32,392 nt of DNA from the NCBI RefSeq assembly GCF_003611735.1, contig NZ_RAWG01000081.1, positions 1 through 32,392 on the forward strand. The letters run 5' to 3'. The position numbers were made by a program, and so were the translations under genes. Source of the DNA: Corallococcus sicarius. Lineage in GTDB: Bacteria; Myxococcota; Myxococcia; Myxococcales; Myxococcaceae. The notes under the pieces are model-generated. The model worked only from the letters and a program-made list of their open reading frames with translations. It ran no database searches and was not told where the DNA came from. This document shows, one piece after another, positions 17,149-26,143 of this stretch; position 1 is the first letter of the stretch, and every line of letters starts with the position of its first letter.

Positions 17149-18187
17149 TCAGGCGGGGGTGCCGTCCGGCTTGGAGGCGTTGCCGGCCGACAGGCGGGGC
17201 GCGCCTCCCGGGCCCAGCAGCCCCTGCATGGCGTCGAAGAGGTTGAGGTTGGCGCCGCTGGGGAGGAAGACGACCTTGTCCAGGCCGCCCACGACGGCGG
17301 CCTGGGCCTGGGCCGCGACGGCCTTCACGAAGTTCTCCCCTCCCCCCAGCGCCTCCACGCGCTGGCGGAACTGCGAGGCCTCCACCTCGGCGAGTCGGGA
17401 CTGGCGCTCCACCTCCAGGTCGTTTGAGGCGCTGCTGCCGCTCCAGGGCCATCTGGGTGGTGAGGCGCTCGCGCTCCAGCTCCGCCTCGGAGCGGATGCG
17501 GGAGGCCCGCGCGTCGGACTCGGCGCGGGCCAGGGCCTCCTCGCTCTCCACGCGCGCCTTCTCCAGCTGCGCCTCCGCCTCCGCCTCCACCTTGGCGCGG
17601 CTGAGCGTTTCGAGCTGGTGGTTGCGGTTCTGCAGCTCGATGAGGGACTGGCGCTCCGCCTCCGACTTGCGGTGGCTGGCGATGTCCGCGAGCTGCTTCT
17701 CCTCCTCGCTGCGGATGCGCTTGAGTTCGGCGGCGGCCTGCGCTTCCTGGCGTGAGGCGTCCAACTGGATCTGGATGTTGGTGTCGATGACCTCGCGCAG
17801 CTTCAGGGCCGTCTTCTCGTCGACGGGCGCGATGTCCTTGATGTCGATGTCGATGATGCGCAGCTGGTTCTCGGAGAAGAGCCGGTCCTTGCGAGCGCGG
17901 CCCGCGTCGTCCATGCCGAAGATGGCGCGGCGGATGAGCACGCTGGCGTTCTTGTGGAAGGTCTCGAATTCGTTCTCCGCGGCCACCTGGCGGATCCGCG
18001 ACGCGAGGTTCTCACACACGTACCCGATGAAGTCGTTCACCCGGAAGATGGCCTTGTCCTTCTCCGCGTCGCCCTGCACGTCGAACTGCCACTTGTAGGA
18101 GAGCTTGATGCGCAGCCGCGCGAGGTCGCGTGTGGCGACCTCGAAGAGGTCCGTGGCGAAGTCCGGCCCCAGCCGCAGCATCAGCAA
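17149..18187 (-). pseudogene. Flotillin/SPFH (band-7)-like gene remnant: 5'-truncated (no SPFH N-terminus or TM) and frameshifted near 17422-17426
   Basis: The track ORF 17072..18187 encodes YKWQFDV ... VNDFIGYVCENLASRIR plus an EA-rich coiled coil (EAEAEAQLEKARVESEEALARAE), then decays into Pro/Gly/Arg junk. The true continuation (ERQSRLAEVEASQFRQRVEALGGGENFVKAVAAQAQAAVVGGLDKVVFLPSG) lies in ORF 17149..17412 in another frame. The shift is at the run rendered caaacg. No upstream SPFH domain exists before the lipase gene at 18287. Confidence 0.5.
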
Positions 18188-18286
18188 GAACAGCTCCGGC
18201 AGCCAGCTCCGGCATGCCCCGTCCTGGACCAGCCGCCCGCTCCATTCCGGCGCGGGCGGCTGTTCCAGACTGGCGCACCGGGGTGA

Positions 18287-19180
18287 CTACCGCGCGCTCA
18301 GCTCCTCCACTGTCCACTCGTCGGCGGAGAGGCCGGCGCTGAAGCCGAAGGCGGCGGACACGAGGTCATGGCCGTAGTCCGCGAAGATGCGGTGGCTGTA
18401 GCTCGTGGGGTGGAGCCCATCCCAGAACAGGTACGTGTCGGGGTTGACCGCCTTGCCCTTGCAGGTGCCGGTGACGTTCGTCAGCCCATACGAGGACGGC
18501 GACGCGATGATGGCGTTGAACTGGTTGAAGGCGTTCATCCCGATGAAGGTGACGGACGGGAAGTCCTGGCGCAGCTTCGTCAGCGATTGCGCCCACAGGG
18601 TGTTGAACTGGCTGGTGGGAGGCGCCAGCACGGTGGTGCCCAGGCCGCCCGGGACTGACAGGGCCGCGGGCGTCTTGTTCAAGGGCGGCAAGTTGACCCA
18701 GAGGATGCGCTTCGCGCCCGCCGCGACCAGCTTGCGGATCTGCCCATTGATGTTGGAGACGGCCGTCGTCGCCGCGGCCTTGATGCCGGCCGAGTCGAAC
18801 GGGTTGGCCTGGGCCTTGTAATTGATGTCATTGCCTCCGCCCCAGAGGACGTACAGCGCCGTGGAGGACGCCGTCGGTTGGGCCGCCAGGTAGTTGTTCA
18901 CCTGGCTGGTCATCCCGCTGGTGACGGCGCCGCCCCGGGCGTAGTTCGTGCCGCCGTTGTCGGACGCGGTCAGGGGCAGGCCCAGCTGCGTCGCGAGCTG
19001 CTTCACCCAGGTGCCGGAGATCTGGCTGGAGGGATTCGTCGTCGGACCGCTGGTGGCGATGCCGTTGTTGCCGTTGTCACTCAGGCTGTCGCCAAAGACG
19101 ACGATGCTGCTCTGCGCGCCAGCGTGGAACGGGAGGAGGACGGCCAGGAGGGCCGAAAGCAACAGGAAGGGATGCTTCAT
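18287..19180 (-). CDS. Secreted GDSL/SGNH-family lipase or esterase (paralog 1)
   Basis: The signal peptide is MKHPFLLLSALLAVLLPFHAGA, followed by the block I motif VVFGDSLSDNGN. GGGND is a block III-like motif. The start is estimated from the track (MKHPF). Confidence 0.75.
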   Translation of the reverse strand: MKHPFLLLSALLAVLLPFHAGAQSSIVVFGDSLSDNGNNGIATSGPTTNPSSQISGTWVKQLATQLGLPLTASDNGGTNYARGGAVTSGMTSQVNNYLAAQPTASSTALYVLWGGGNDINYKAQANPFDSAGIKAAATTAVSNINGQIRKLVAAGAKRILWVNLPPLNKTPAALSVPGGLGTTVLAPPTSQFNTLWAQSLTKLRQDFPSVTFIGMNAFNQFNAIIASPSSYGLTNVTGTCKGKAVNPDTYLFWDGLHPTSYSHRIFADYGHDLVSAAFGFSAGLSADEWTVEELSAR

Positions 19181-19221
19181 GGTGGGCTCCGGGTTGAGAC
19201 AGGGTTTTTTGTTCGCTCCAC

Positions 19222-20115
19222 CTACTGCGCGCCCCACTCCTCCGCGGTCCACTCCTCGGCCATGAGGCCGGGGCTGAAGCCGAAGGCGGCGGAGACCTGG
19301 TCGTACGCCTGATTCGCGAAGATGCGGTGGGCGAAGCTCGTCGGGTGGATCTCATCCCAGAACAGGTACCGGTCCGGGTTGACGTTCTTGCTCTTGCACG
19401 TGTCCGTGACGTTCGTCAGTCCATACGAGGACGGCGACGCGATGATGGCGTTGAACTTGTTGTAGGCGTTCAGCCCGATGAACTTCACGGTCGGGAACTC
19501 GGTGCGCATCCGGGTGATGGACTGGACCCAGAGCGTGTTGAAGTGCGTGCTGGGCGGTCCGAGCAGGGCGTCGCCCAGACCGAACGGGATGGACCGCGCC
19601 GCGGGCGTCTTGTTGAGCGGCGGCATGTTCACCCACAGGAAGCGCTTCGCGCCCCGGGCGACGAGCTTGCGGATCTGCCCTTCGATGTTGGAGACGGCCG
19701 TCGTCGCAGCGGCCTTGACGCCGGCCGTGTCGAACGGGTTTTCACGCGCCTTGTGGTGGATGTCGTTGCCGCCGCCCCAGAAGACATACAGCGCCGTGGG
19801 GGACGCCGTCGGGTTGCTGCTGATGTAGGCGTTCACCTGGTTCGTCATGTCCGCGGTGACCGAGCCGCCCTGCGCGTAGTTCGTGCCCCCTTCGTCGGAG
19901 GCCACGAGCGGAAGGTCCAGCTGGTCCGCGAGCTGCTTCACCCAGGGGCCGGAGATCTGGCTGGAGGGATACGTCGTCGGACCGCTGGTGGCGGTGCTGT
20001 ACTTGCCGTTGTCACTCAGGCTGTCGCCAAACGCGACGATGCTGCTCTGGGCGCTCGCGTGGAACGGAAGGAGGATGGCCAGGGCGGCCGAAAGCAACAG
20101 GAAGGGATGCTTCAT
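19222..20115 (-). CDS. Secreted GDSL/SGNH-family lipase or esterase (paralog 2, tandem duplicate)
   Basis: The N-terminus is almost identical to paralog 1: MKHPFLLLSAALAILLPFHASAQSSIVAFGDSLSDNG. There is a 41-bp spacer to paralog 1. Confidence 0.75.
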   Translation of the reverse strand: MKHPFLLLSAALAILLPFHASAQSSIVAFGDSLSDNGKYSTATSGPTTYPSSQISGPWVKQLADQLDLPLVASDEGGTNYAQGGSVTADMTNQVNAYISSNPTASPTALYVFWGGGNDIHHKARENPFDTAGVKAAATTAVSNIEGQIRKLVARGAKRFLWVNMPPLNKTPAARSIPFGLGDALLGPPSTHFNTLWVQSITRMRTEFPTVKFIGLNAYNKFNAIIASPSSYGLTNVTDTCKSKNVNPDRYLFWDEIHPTSFAHRIFANQAYDQVSAAFGFSPGLMAEEWTAEEWGAQ

Positions 20116-20238
20116 GTGGGGGGACTCCAAAGGGGGGACACAGACGCTTGGCGCACTGTGTCACCCGCTTCGGAGCTTTTCCACGAGTTTCTACACTTCC
20201 TTGTTTTATTCTGGATGTTTCAGCTGGCTCAGCCCGTA

Positions 20239-20928
20239 TCAGCCCCGGGCGGCGCGGGCGTCGCGGCCCTTGGCGCGGGCGGCCTTGGAGAGCAGGTCGG
20301 AGCCCTTCTCCTCGCCCTTCATCCACGCCTTCATCGCGGGCACCACCTGCTTGCTCCACGCGCGTCCGCCGCGCACGGCGAGGAAGTCCGTCACCAGCGC
20401 ATCCACGAGGGCGGAGAGCTGTTCGGTCAGCTCCAGGCGCTCGGTGAGCTGATCATCCTCCTCCTCGGTCATCAGGGCGGGCAGCTTCGCGGCGCGGATG
20501 TCCAGGAACTCGGCATCCAGGGTGAGCTCGAACTCGCGCTCGCCGTGGGTGATGCGCAGCCGCGCTTGGGACACGAGCAGCCCCCGGTCCAGCGAGTGCC
20601 GCACGTTCTCCGAGTACGGCGCCAGCGTGCCGCGCGCGCTCAGCTCCGTGACGTCGCCCGCCACGCCGCGCAGCACGACCTTGCCCAGGTAGAGGGCGGT
20701 GACGGACGCGCCGTCGTGGTCCACCAGCGCATCGCCGGACTCCGAGCGCCACAGCAGCCACGTCAGGAACTCGCGCCCCAGGTAGGCCCGGCCGCGCAGG
20801 AGCTGTTCGCGCGCCTTGCCCTGTTCGACCTCGGCCTCGTCCTTGACCTCTTCGGTGGAGCCGCCATCCACGCCCACGTCGCCCCGGGCGAACGCCGCCT
20901 CGATCCGTGCCTGCTCACCCTTCGCCAT
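20239..20928 (-). CDS. rdgC: RdgC-like recombination-associated protein, C-terminal portion; possibly the 3' half of a frameshifted rdgC
   Basis: LTWLLWRSESGDALV ... ENVRHSLDRGLLVSQARLRI ... FELTLDAEFLDIRAAKLP ... LVTDFLAVRGG parallel the E. coli RdgC C-terminal half as I recall it. It overlaps the upstream ORF by about 14 nt in a different frame. Confidence 0.4.
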   Translation of the reverse strand: MAKGEQARIEAAFARGDVGVDGGSTEEVKDEAEVEQGKAREQLLRGRAYLGREFLTWLLWRSESGDALVDHDGASVTALYLGKVVLRGVAGDVTELSARGTLAPYSENVRHSLDRGLLVSQARLRITHGEREFELTLDAEFLDIRAAKLPALMTEEEDDQLTERLELTEQLSALVDALVTDFLAVRGGRAWSKQVVPAMKAWMKGEEKGSDLLSKAARAKGRDARAARG

Positions 20929-21565
20929 GGCTGTCCTCCACCGAAGCCGTCGCCGGCAGGTCCATTCCGATGAGCTCCGCCGTGGGGCCCAGGGCCTTGT
21001 CGTCGATGCCCGCACGCTGCGCCATCGACGCGGGCGTGATGCCAATCACCTTCACCGCCAGGGCGCCCTCCAGCGCGACGGAGATCTCATCCACCGTCTT
21101 GCGGGACGCGGCCCAGATCTGCACCTGCTGCGTCTTCAGGTTCCACGCCACGTCCAGCACGGCGGTGCGCGGCACGGCCCGCTGACGGAGCAGCTGCTTC
21201 AGCTCCGCCTTCTGCTTGTTCTTCTCCGCTCGCGCGGGAGGACGGCTGTTCTCCCGGGCGAAGGCGGCGGACCACTTGTCCAGCTCCGCCTTCATCATGG
21301 AGGCGGGGACCTTCAGGGTGTCGATGCGGAAGGCGAACAGGGCGTACTCGCCATAGAAGAGGTGGGTGGTGGAGAAATCGGAGGCCTCCGCGTTCTCCAG
21401 CTCCACGAAACCAGCCGCGCGCTCATCTTCGGAGCGGCGGTCGATGGGCTCGAACGCATGGGACTTGAGTCCCTTGGTCAGCCAACGCTTCACGTCGGAC
21501 GGCGCATCCTTGGCCGGCTCGGTCCGGAAGCGCGAAAAGGTGACGGCACCACGTAGGACAGGCAT
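20915..21565 (-). CDS. rdgC: RdgC-like recombination-associated protein, N-terminal portion
   Basis: MPVLRGAVTFSRFRTEP ... LKSHAFEPIDRRSEDERAAGFVELENAEASDF ... KVPASMMKAELDKW ... resemble the RdgC N-terminal half (HAFQP ... ILPASVVKQEL ...). The family call is made from memory, with no search run. Confidence 0.4.
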   Translation of the reverse strand: MPVLRGAVTFSRFRTEPAKDAPSDVKRWLTKGLKSHAFEPIDRRSEDERAAGFVELENAEASDFSTTHLFYGEYALFAFRIDTLKVPASMMKAELDKWSAAFARENSRPPARAEKNKQKAELKQLLRQRAVPRTAVLDVAWNLKTQQVQIWAASRKTVDEISVALEGALAVKVIGITPASMAQRAGIDDKALGPTAELIGMDLPATASVEDSHGEG

Positions 21566-21778
21566 GGGGCGCGGGAGGATGGGGGGCCAGTGCCGTGGCG
21601 TCAAGGCACTCGGGGTGGCTGGACGCCAAGGCCGTGGGAATAGCCAGCGAACCCGGCCGTTGCGCGCCCGTCGTCCCTGCCCGGTCGCCCCCGGGCCGTC
21701 CACCCGTGTACGCCCGCCCGTCCCCGCCGGCCGGAAACCATGACACTCCCAGGCACGCGACATACGGTGGCCGCCGCC

Positions 21779-23272
21779 ATGCGCCGCGCCCCCGTCCTCG
21801 TCAGCGTCTCCACCGTCTGTGTCCTGCTGTCCGCCTGCGCCCACGCGCCTCCCGGGTCGGAGGCGGCTCCCGGGCGCACCCTGCCCGACGTCACCCGCTC
21901 CCTGCTGGAGACGCTGGAGGCCGACGGCGCGCTCGCGGGCGCGTACGTGGTGGACGCGCGCACCGGCGAGCCCCTCTTCAAGCACCGGGAGAACGTGCGG
22001 CTCCTGCCCGCGTCCACGATGAAGGTGGTGTCCACCTCCGCGGCGCTGTCCGCGCTGGGGGCGGACTTCCGCTTCGTGACGCCGGTGTCGCTGGAGGGCT
22101 CGCAGGTGGGGGGCCTGTTCCTGGGCGACATCGTGGCGCAGGCCTCGGGCGATCCGTCCCTGGGCTCATGGCGCTTCCCGGAGACGGCCCTGGCGTGTGA
22201 GCGCATCGCGGAGGCGCTCCAGGCGCGCGGCATCCACCAGTGGCGCGGCAGCGTGCGCATCGCCGGCACGGACGGCGTGGACGGCCTCATGGGGCCGGGC
22301 TGGGCCTGGGATGACGCCGCCTACGCCTACAGCGCGGCGCCCACCCCGTTCGTCTTCCGCGAGAACGTGGTGGACCTGGCCCTGGCCCGCGCGCCCGGCT
22401 CCACCTGCGCGGACGCGCCCGCCGTCCAGTGGACCCCCACCTTCGCCACGCTGTCCGCCGTGGTGCGCGTGGACGTCAACGCGGACCGCACCAACCTCTC
22501 CTGCATGCGAGCGGGCCCGGGCGTGAGCTGCACGTGGCGCTCTCCCCCCGGAGGCCCCTGCCCCCAGGCCGCCGCCGTGAAGCTGGCCGTGGAGGCGCCG
22601 CAGGACCTGTTCGCCGCGTGCGTGGACGACGCGCTGGCGCGCCACGGGGTGACGCGGCTGCCGCTCACGCTGGAGGCGCCCACGCCGCCCCTGCCCCCGG
22701 TGCCGGTGCCGCTGGTGGAGCTGATGAGCCCGCCCCTGTCGGAGCTGGTGCGCGTGACGAACAAGGAGAGCCTCAACCTGTACGCGGAGCGGCTGGGCAT
22801 GCGCTTCGCGCGCGAGCGCACCGGCCAGGAGGGCTACGCCGCGCTGAGGACGGCGCTGGTCGCGGAGCTGCAGCGGCGCGGGGTGCCGCCCAAGGACCTG
22901 CGCCCGGTGGATGGCAGCGGCCTGTCCCGCTACAACCTGGCCACGCCCCGGGGCATGGCGCGCGTGATTCTCACCAGCCTCCAGGAGCCCTATGGACAGG
23001 CGCTGGTGGACAGCCTGCCGGTGCTGGGCGTGGACGGGACGCTGGCGGGACGGCGCACGACGCAGGCCACCGCGGGCCGCGTCCGCGCGAAGACGGGGAC
23101 GCTGACCGGCCAGAAGTGTTTCGTGGGCGTGGCCGAGCGCCCCAACGATCCGGAGCACCCACGCGTCGTGTTCGCGTTGATGCTCGGCAACATGGACGAG
23201 GGCACGAAGCCCAACGCCAACGAAGCCTTCGATCTCTTCTCCACCGCCCTGGTGGAGCTGCCCCTGCGCTGA
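21779..23272 (+). CDS. dacB: D-alanyl-D-alanine carboxypeptidase/endopeptidase (PBP4, peptidase S13, DacB-like), lipoprotein
   Basis: The signal is MRRAPVLVSVSTVCVLLSAC. The SxxK active-site motif is PASTMKVVSTSAAL. Its length and C-terminal region are consistent with PBP4. Confidence 0.7.
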   Translation: MRRAPVLVSVSTVCVLLSACAHAPPGSEAAPGRTLPDVTRSLLETLEADGALAGAYVVDARTGEPLFKHRENVRLLPASTMKVVSTSAALSALGADFRFVTPVSLEGSQVGGLFLGDIVAQASGDPSLGSWRFPETALACERIAEALQARGIHQWRGSVRIAGTDGVDGLMGPGWAWDDAAYAYSAAPTPFVFRENVVDLALARAPGSTCADAPAVQWTPTFATLSAVVRVDVNADRTNLSCMRAGPGVSCTWRSPPGGPCPQAAAVKLAVEAPQDLFAACVDDALARHGVTRLPLTLEAPTPPLPPVPVPLVELMSPPLSELVRVTNKESLNLYAERLGMRFARERTGQEGYAALRTALVAELQRRGVPPKDLRPVDGSGLSRYNLATPRGMARVILTSLQEPYGQALVDSLPVLGVDGTLAGRRTTQATAGRVRAKTGTLTGQKCFVGVAERPNDPEHPRVVFALMLGNMDEGTKPNANEAFDLFSTALVELPLR

Positions 23273-23316
23273 TGAAGCCAGGGCACGTCACAGTGCACAT
23301 CGATGCGAGGTGAACC

Positions 23317-25497
23317 GTGAAGCTCAGAACCGCAGTGACCACCGCCGCGCTGCTCCTCCCGCTCGTGGCCACGGCCGCGGGCAAGGCGCCCGCGAAGCCC
23401 GCCGCCGCGGAGAAGCAGCCCGTGGAGAGCACCTACCACGGCACCCCGGTGGCGGATCCCTACCAGTGGATGGAGTCCGCCACCGACCCGAAGGTGAAGT
23501 CGTGGACGGACGCGCAGAACAGCTACACCCGCGCGGTGCTGGACAAGCTGCCCGGCCGCGAGGGCCTGCGCCAGCGCATCACCGAGCTCTTGTCGTGGAA
23601 GTCGCCCGCGTACGCGGCGCTGGACGAGAAGGGCGGCGTCATCCTGGCGGTGAAGTTCCAGCCGCCCAAGCAGCAGCCGACGCTCGTCGTCGTGGGCTCG
23701 CTGGACGACACGTCGAAGGAGCGCACGCTGGTGGACCCCACGCAGGTGGACCCGTCCGGCAAGACGACCCTGGACTGGTTCCAGCTCACGCACGACGGCA
23801 AGAAGGTGGCCGTCTCCATGTCGAAGGGCGGCACGGAGAGCGGTGACGTGACGGTGTACGACGTGGCGGGCGCGAAGGCGCTGCCCAACGAGGTCGTCCC
23901 GCGCGTCAACGGCGGCACCGCGGGCGGCAGCCTCGCGTGGAACGCGCAGGGCACGGGCTACTTCTACACGCGCTATCCGCGCGGCGAGGAGCGTCCGGCC
24001 ATCGACCGTGAGGTGTATCAGCAGGTGTACTTCCACACGCTGGGCACGCCCACGGAGAAGGACACGTACGCGCTGGGCAAGGACTTCCCGCGCATCGCGA
24101 TGACGGACCTGGAGGCCAGCGACGACGGCCAGTACACGTTCGCGCGCGTCGCCAACGGGGACGGCGGCGAGTTCGAGCTGTACCTGCACGGCCCCTCCGG
24201 CAAGTGGACGCAGGTGGCGAAGTTCACGGACAAGGTGGTGTCGGCGCGCTTCGGCAGCGACGGCGCCGCGTACCTGCTCAGCCGCAAGGACGCGTCGCGC
24301 GGCAAGGTGCTGCGCCTGCCGCTGGCGACGCCGACCCTGGACAAGGCGACGGTGCTGGTGCCCGAGGGCGAGGCCACGGTGCAGTCCATCCTGGCCACGC
24401 AGAGCCGGCTGTACCTGGTGGAGCAGCTGGGCGGACCGTCGCAGCTGCGCATCGTGGACCTGAAGGGCAAGGCGCTGGGCATGGTGCCCACGCTGCCGGT
24501 GTCCTCGGTGGGCGGGGCGGTGCGGCAGGGCGCGGATGATCTGCTGTTCATCAACGGCAGCTTCACGCAGCCGGCCGCGTGGTTCCGCTACTCGGCGAAG
24601 GACGGCAAGGTGACGAAGACGGCGCTGGCGCGCACGGCGGCCATCGACATGAGCGACGTGGAGGTGGTGCGCACGGAGGCCACGTCGAAGGACGGCACGA
24701 AGGTGCCGCTCACCATCCTGAAGAAGAAGGGCACGAAGCTGAACGGCAAGAACCCGGCGTGGCTCACGGGCTACGGCGGCTTCAACGTCTCCATCACGCC
24801 CGGCTACAGCGCGATGACGGGCCTGTGGCTGGAGCAGGGCGGCGTGTTCGCGGTGGCCAACCTGCGCGGCGGCTCGGAGTTCGGTGAGTCCTGGCACCAG
24901 GACGGCTCGCTCACGAAGAAGCAGAACGTGTTCGACGACTTCTACGCGTGCGCGAAGCTGCTGGTGGACCAGAAGTACACGCAGCCGAAGAAGCTGGCCA
25001 TCCAGGGTGGCAGCAACGGCGGCCTGCTGATGGGCGCGGCCGTGACGCAGCACCCGGAGCAGTACGGCGCGGTGGTGGCGCGCGTGGGCATCTACGACAT
25101 GCTGCGCACGGAGCTGACGCCCAACGGCCAGTTCAACGTCACCGAGTACGGCACCGTGAAGGACCCCGAGCAGTTCAAGGCGCTGTATGCCTATTCGCCG
25201 GTGCACCAGGTGAAGGACGGGACGAAGTATCCGTCCATCCTCTTCACCTCCGGGGCGAACGACCCGCGCGTGGATCCGTTCCACTCGCGCAAGATGGTGG
25301 CCCGGATGCAGGCGGCCAGCAGCTCCCCCAAGCCCATCCTCCTGCGCGCCGACGCGGAGACGGGGCACGGCGCCGGCACGCCGCTGGCCGCGCGCATCGA
25401 GGAGGAGGTGGACGTCTACTCCTTCGTCTTCAACGAGCTGGGCATGACGTACAAGCCCAACGCGACGAAGAAGCCCACCGCGCCCGCGCCGCAGTAG
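23317..25497 (+). CDS. Secreted prolyl oligopeptidase (peptidase S9A)
   Basis: A signal peptide is present. The N-terminal propeller start reads DPYQWMESATDPKVKSWTDAQN. The catalytic Ser lies in GGSNGGLLMGAAVTQHPE, and C-terminal Asp/His regions are present (GANDPRV ... ETGHGAG). Confidence 0.85.
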   Translation: MKLRTAVTTAALLLPLVATAAGKAPAKPAAAEKQPVESTYHGTPVADPYQWMESATDPKVKSWTDAQNSYTRAVLDKLPGREGLRQRITELLSWKSPAYAALDEKGGVILAVKFQPPKQQPTLVVVGSLDDTSKERTLVDPTQVDPSGKTTLDWFQLTHDGKKVAVSMSKGGTESGDVTVYDVAGAKALPNEVVPRVNGGTAGGSLAWNAQGTGYFYTRYPRGEERPAIDREVYQQVYFHTLGTPTEKDTYALGKDFPRIAMTDLEASDDGQYTFARVANGDGGEFELYLHGPSGKWTQVAKFTDKVVSARFGSDGAAYLLSRKDASRGKVLRLPLATPTLDKATVLVPEGEATVQSILATQSRLYLVEQLGGPSQLRIVDLKGKALGMVPTLPVSSVGGAVRQGADDLLFINGSFTQPAAWFRYSAKDGKVTKTALARTAAIDMSDVEVVRTEATSKDGTKVPLTILKKKGTKLNGKNPAWLTGYGGFNVSITPGYSAMTGLWLEQGGVFAVANLRGGSEFGESWHQDGSLTKKQNVFDDFYACAKLLVDQKYTQPKKLAIQGGSNGGLLMGAAVTQHPEQYGAVVARVGIYDMLRTELTPNGQFNVTEYGTVKDPEQFKALYAYSPVHQVKDGTKYPSILFTSGANDPRVDPFHSRKMVARMQAASSSPKPILLRADAETGHGAGTPLAARIEEEVDVYSFVFNELGMTYKPNATKKPTAPAPQ

Positions 25498-25508
25498 CCG
25501 TGCTTCAA

Positions 25509-25539
25509 GGCCCGTCCTTCACAGCTTGAGGGACGGGCC
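25509..25539. terminator. Stem-loop (GGCCCGTCC / GGACGGGCC, 13-nt loop) after the prolyl oligopeptidase gene
   Basis: An inverted repeat begins about 12 nt after the stop at 25497. Confidence 0.35.
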
Positions 25540-25575
25540 TCCCTTCCCCTGTATTTCGTGGCACCCTGGCGCCCC

Positions 25576-26013
25576 ATGAGCCAGCTCATCCCCTTCTTCA
25601 TCCTTTCGCCCATCCTCGCGGGCGGCCTCGCCTGGTGGACGCTCACGCGCCTTGGCAAGAGGCGGAACCAGCGCGCGAAGGGCTCCCTGGACGCAGTGGT
25701 GGCGCGGCTGCGAGGGCAGAAGGCGCCCGGCGCGGTGGACCTCTTCGTGCAGGACGTGTCCTGGTCCGGAGAGACGGAGCTGTCGCCGCAGAACTGTTGG
25801 GTCCGCGTGGTGATGGGCGGCCAGGACGCCAGCGCCATTCCCGCGCGCTTCGAGGTGGAGAGCGCGCCGGGAGCGCCCCGCCCTCCCGCGCAGGTGCTGG
25901 CCGCGCTGCAGGCGCTGGAGGCACAGGCGCTGGAAGCCCTGAAGGCCGGCGGCTGGGCCTGGCAGCGCCCGCGCATCGGCTTCGAGCCGGCGGCATCGAC
26001 GCCTTCGGCGTGA
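25576..26013 (+). CDS. Small hypothetical protein with one N-terminal transmembrane helix
   Basis: MSQLIPFFILSPILAGGLAWWTLTRL is hydrophobic, followed by a soluble domain with coding-like GC3. Confidence 0.4.
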   Translation: MSQLIPFFILSPILAGGLAWWTLTRLGKRRNQRAKGSLDAVVARLRGQKAPGAVDLFVQDVSWSGETELSPQNCWVRVVMGGQDASAIPARFEVESAPGAPRPPAQVLAALQALEAQALEALKAGGWAWQRPRIGFEPAASTPSA

Positions 26014-26143
26014 ATGGCTGTTCGGCAAGGTCGCCGTTGAAAAGCGCTGCGACATGCCGCCCCCTGGGAAGTGAACGCAGGGCGACACGTCCTACCGGGA
26101 GCAGGTAACGGAGCGCTGGAGGGGCCCCGCGCCGGGTGCCAGC

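Noticed and set aside
19327-20973. 548-aa + strand ORF
   Set aside because: It is antisense to the GDSL lipase and rdgC-like genes. It is a low-complexity R/G/A translation.
22990-25368. 792-aa minus-strand ORF
   Set aside because: It is antisense to the prolyl oligopeptidase gene, which has textbook S9 motifs.
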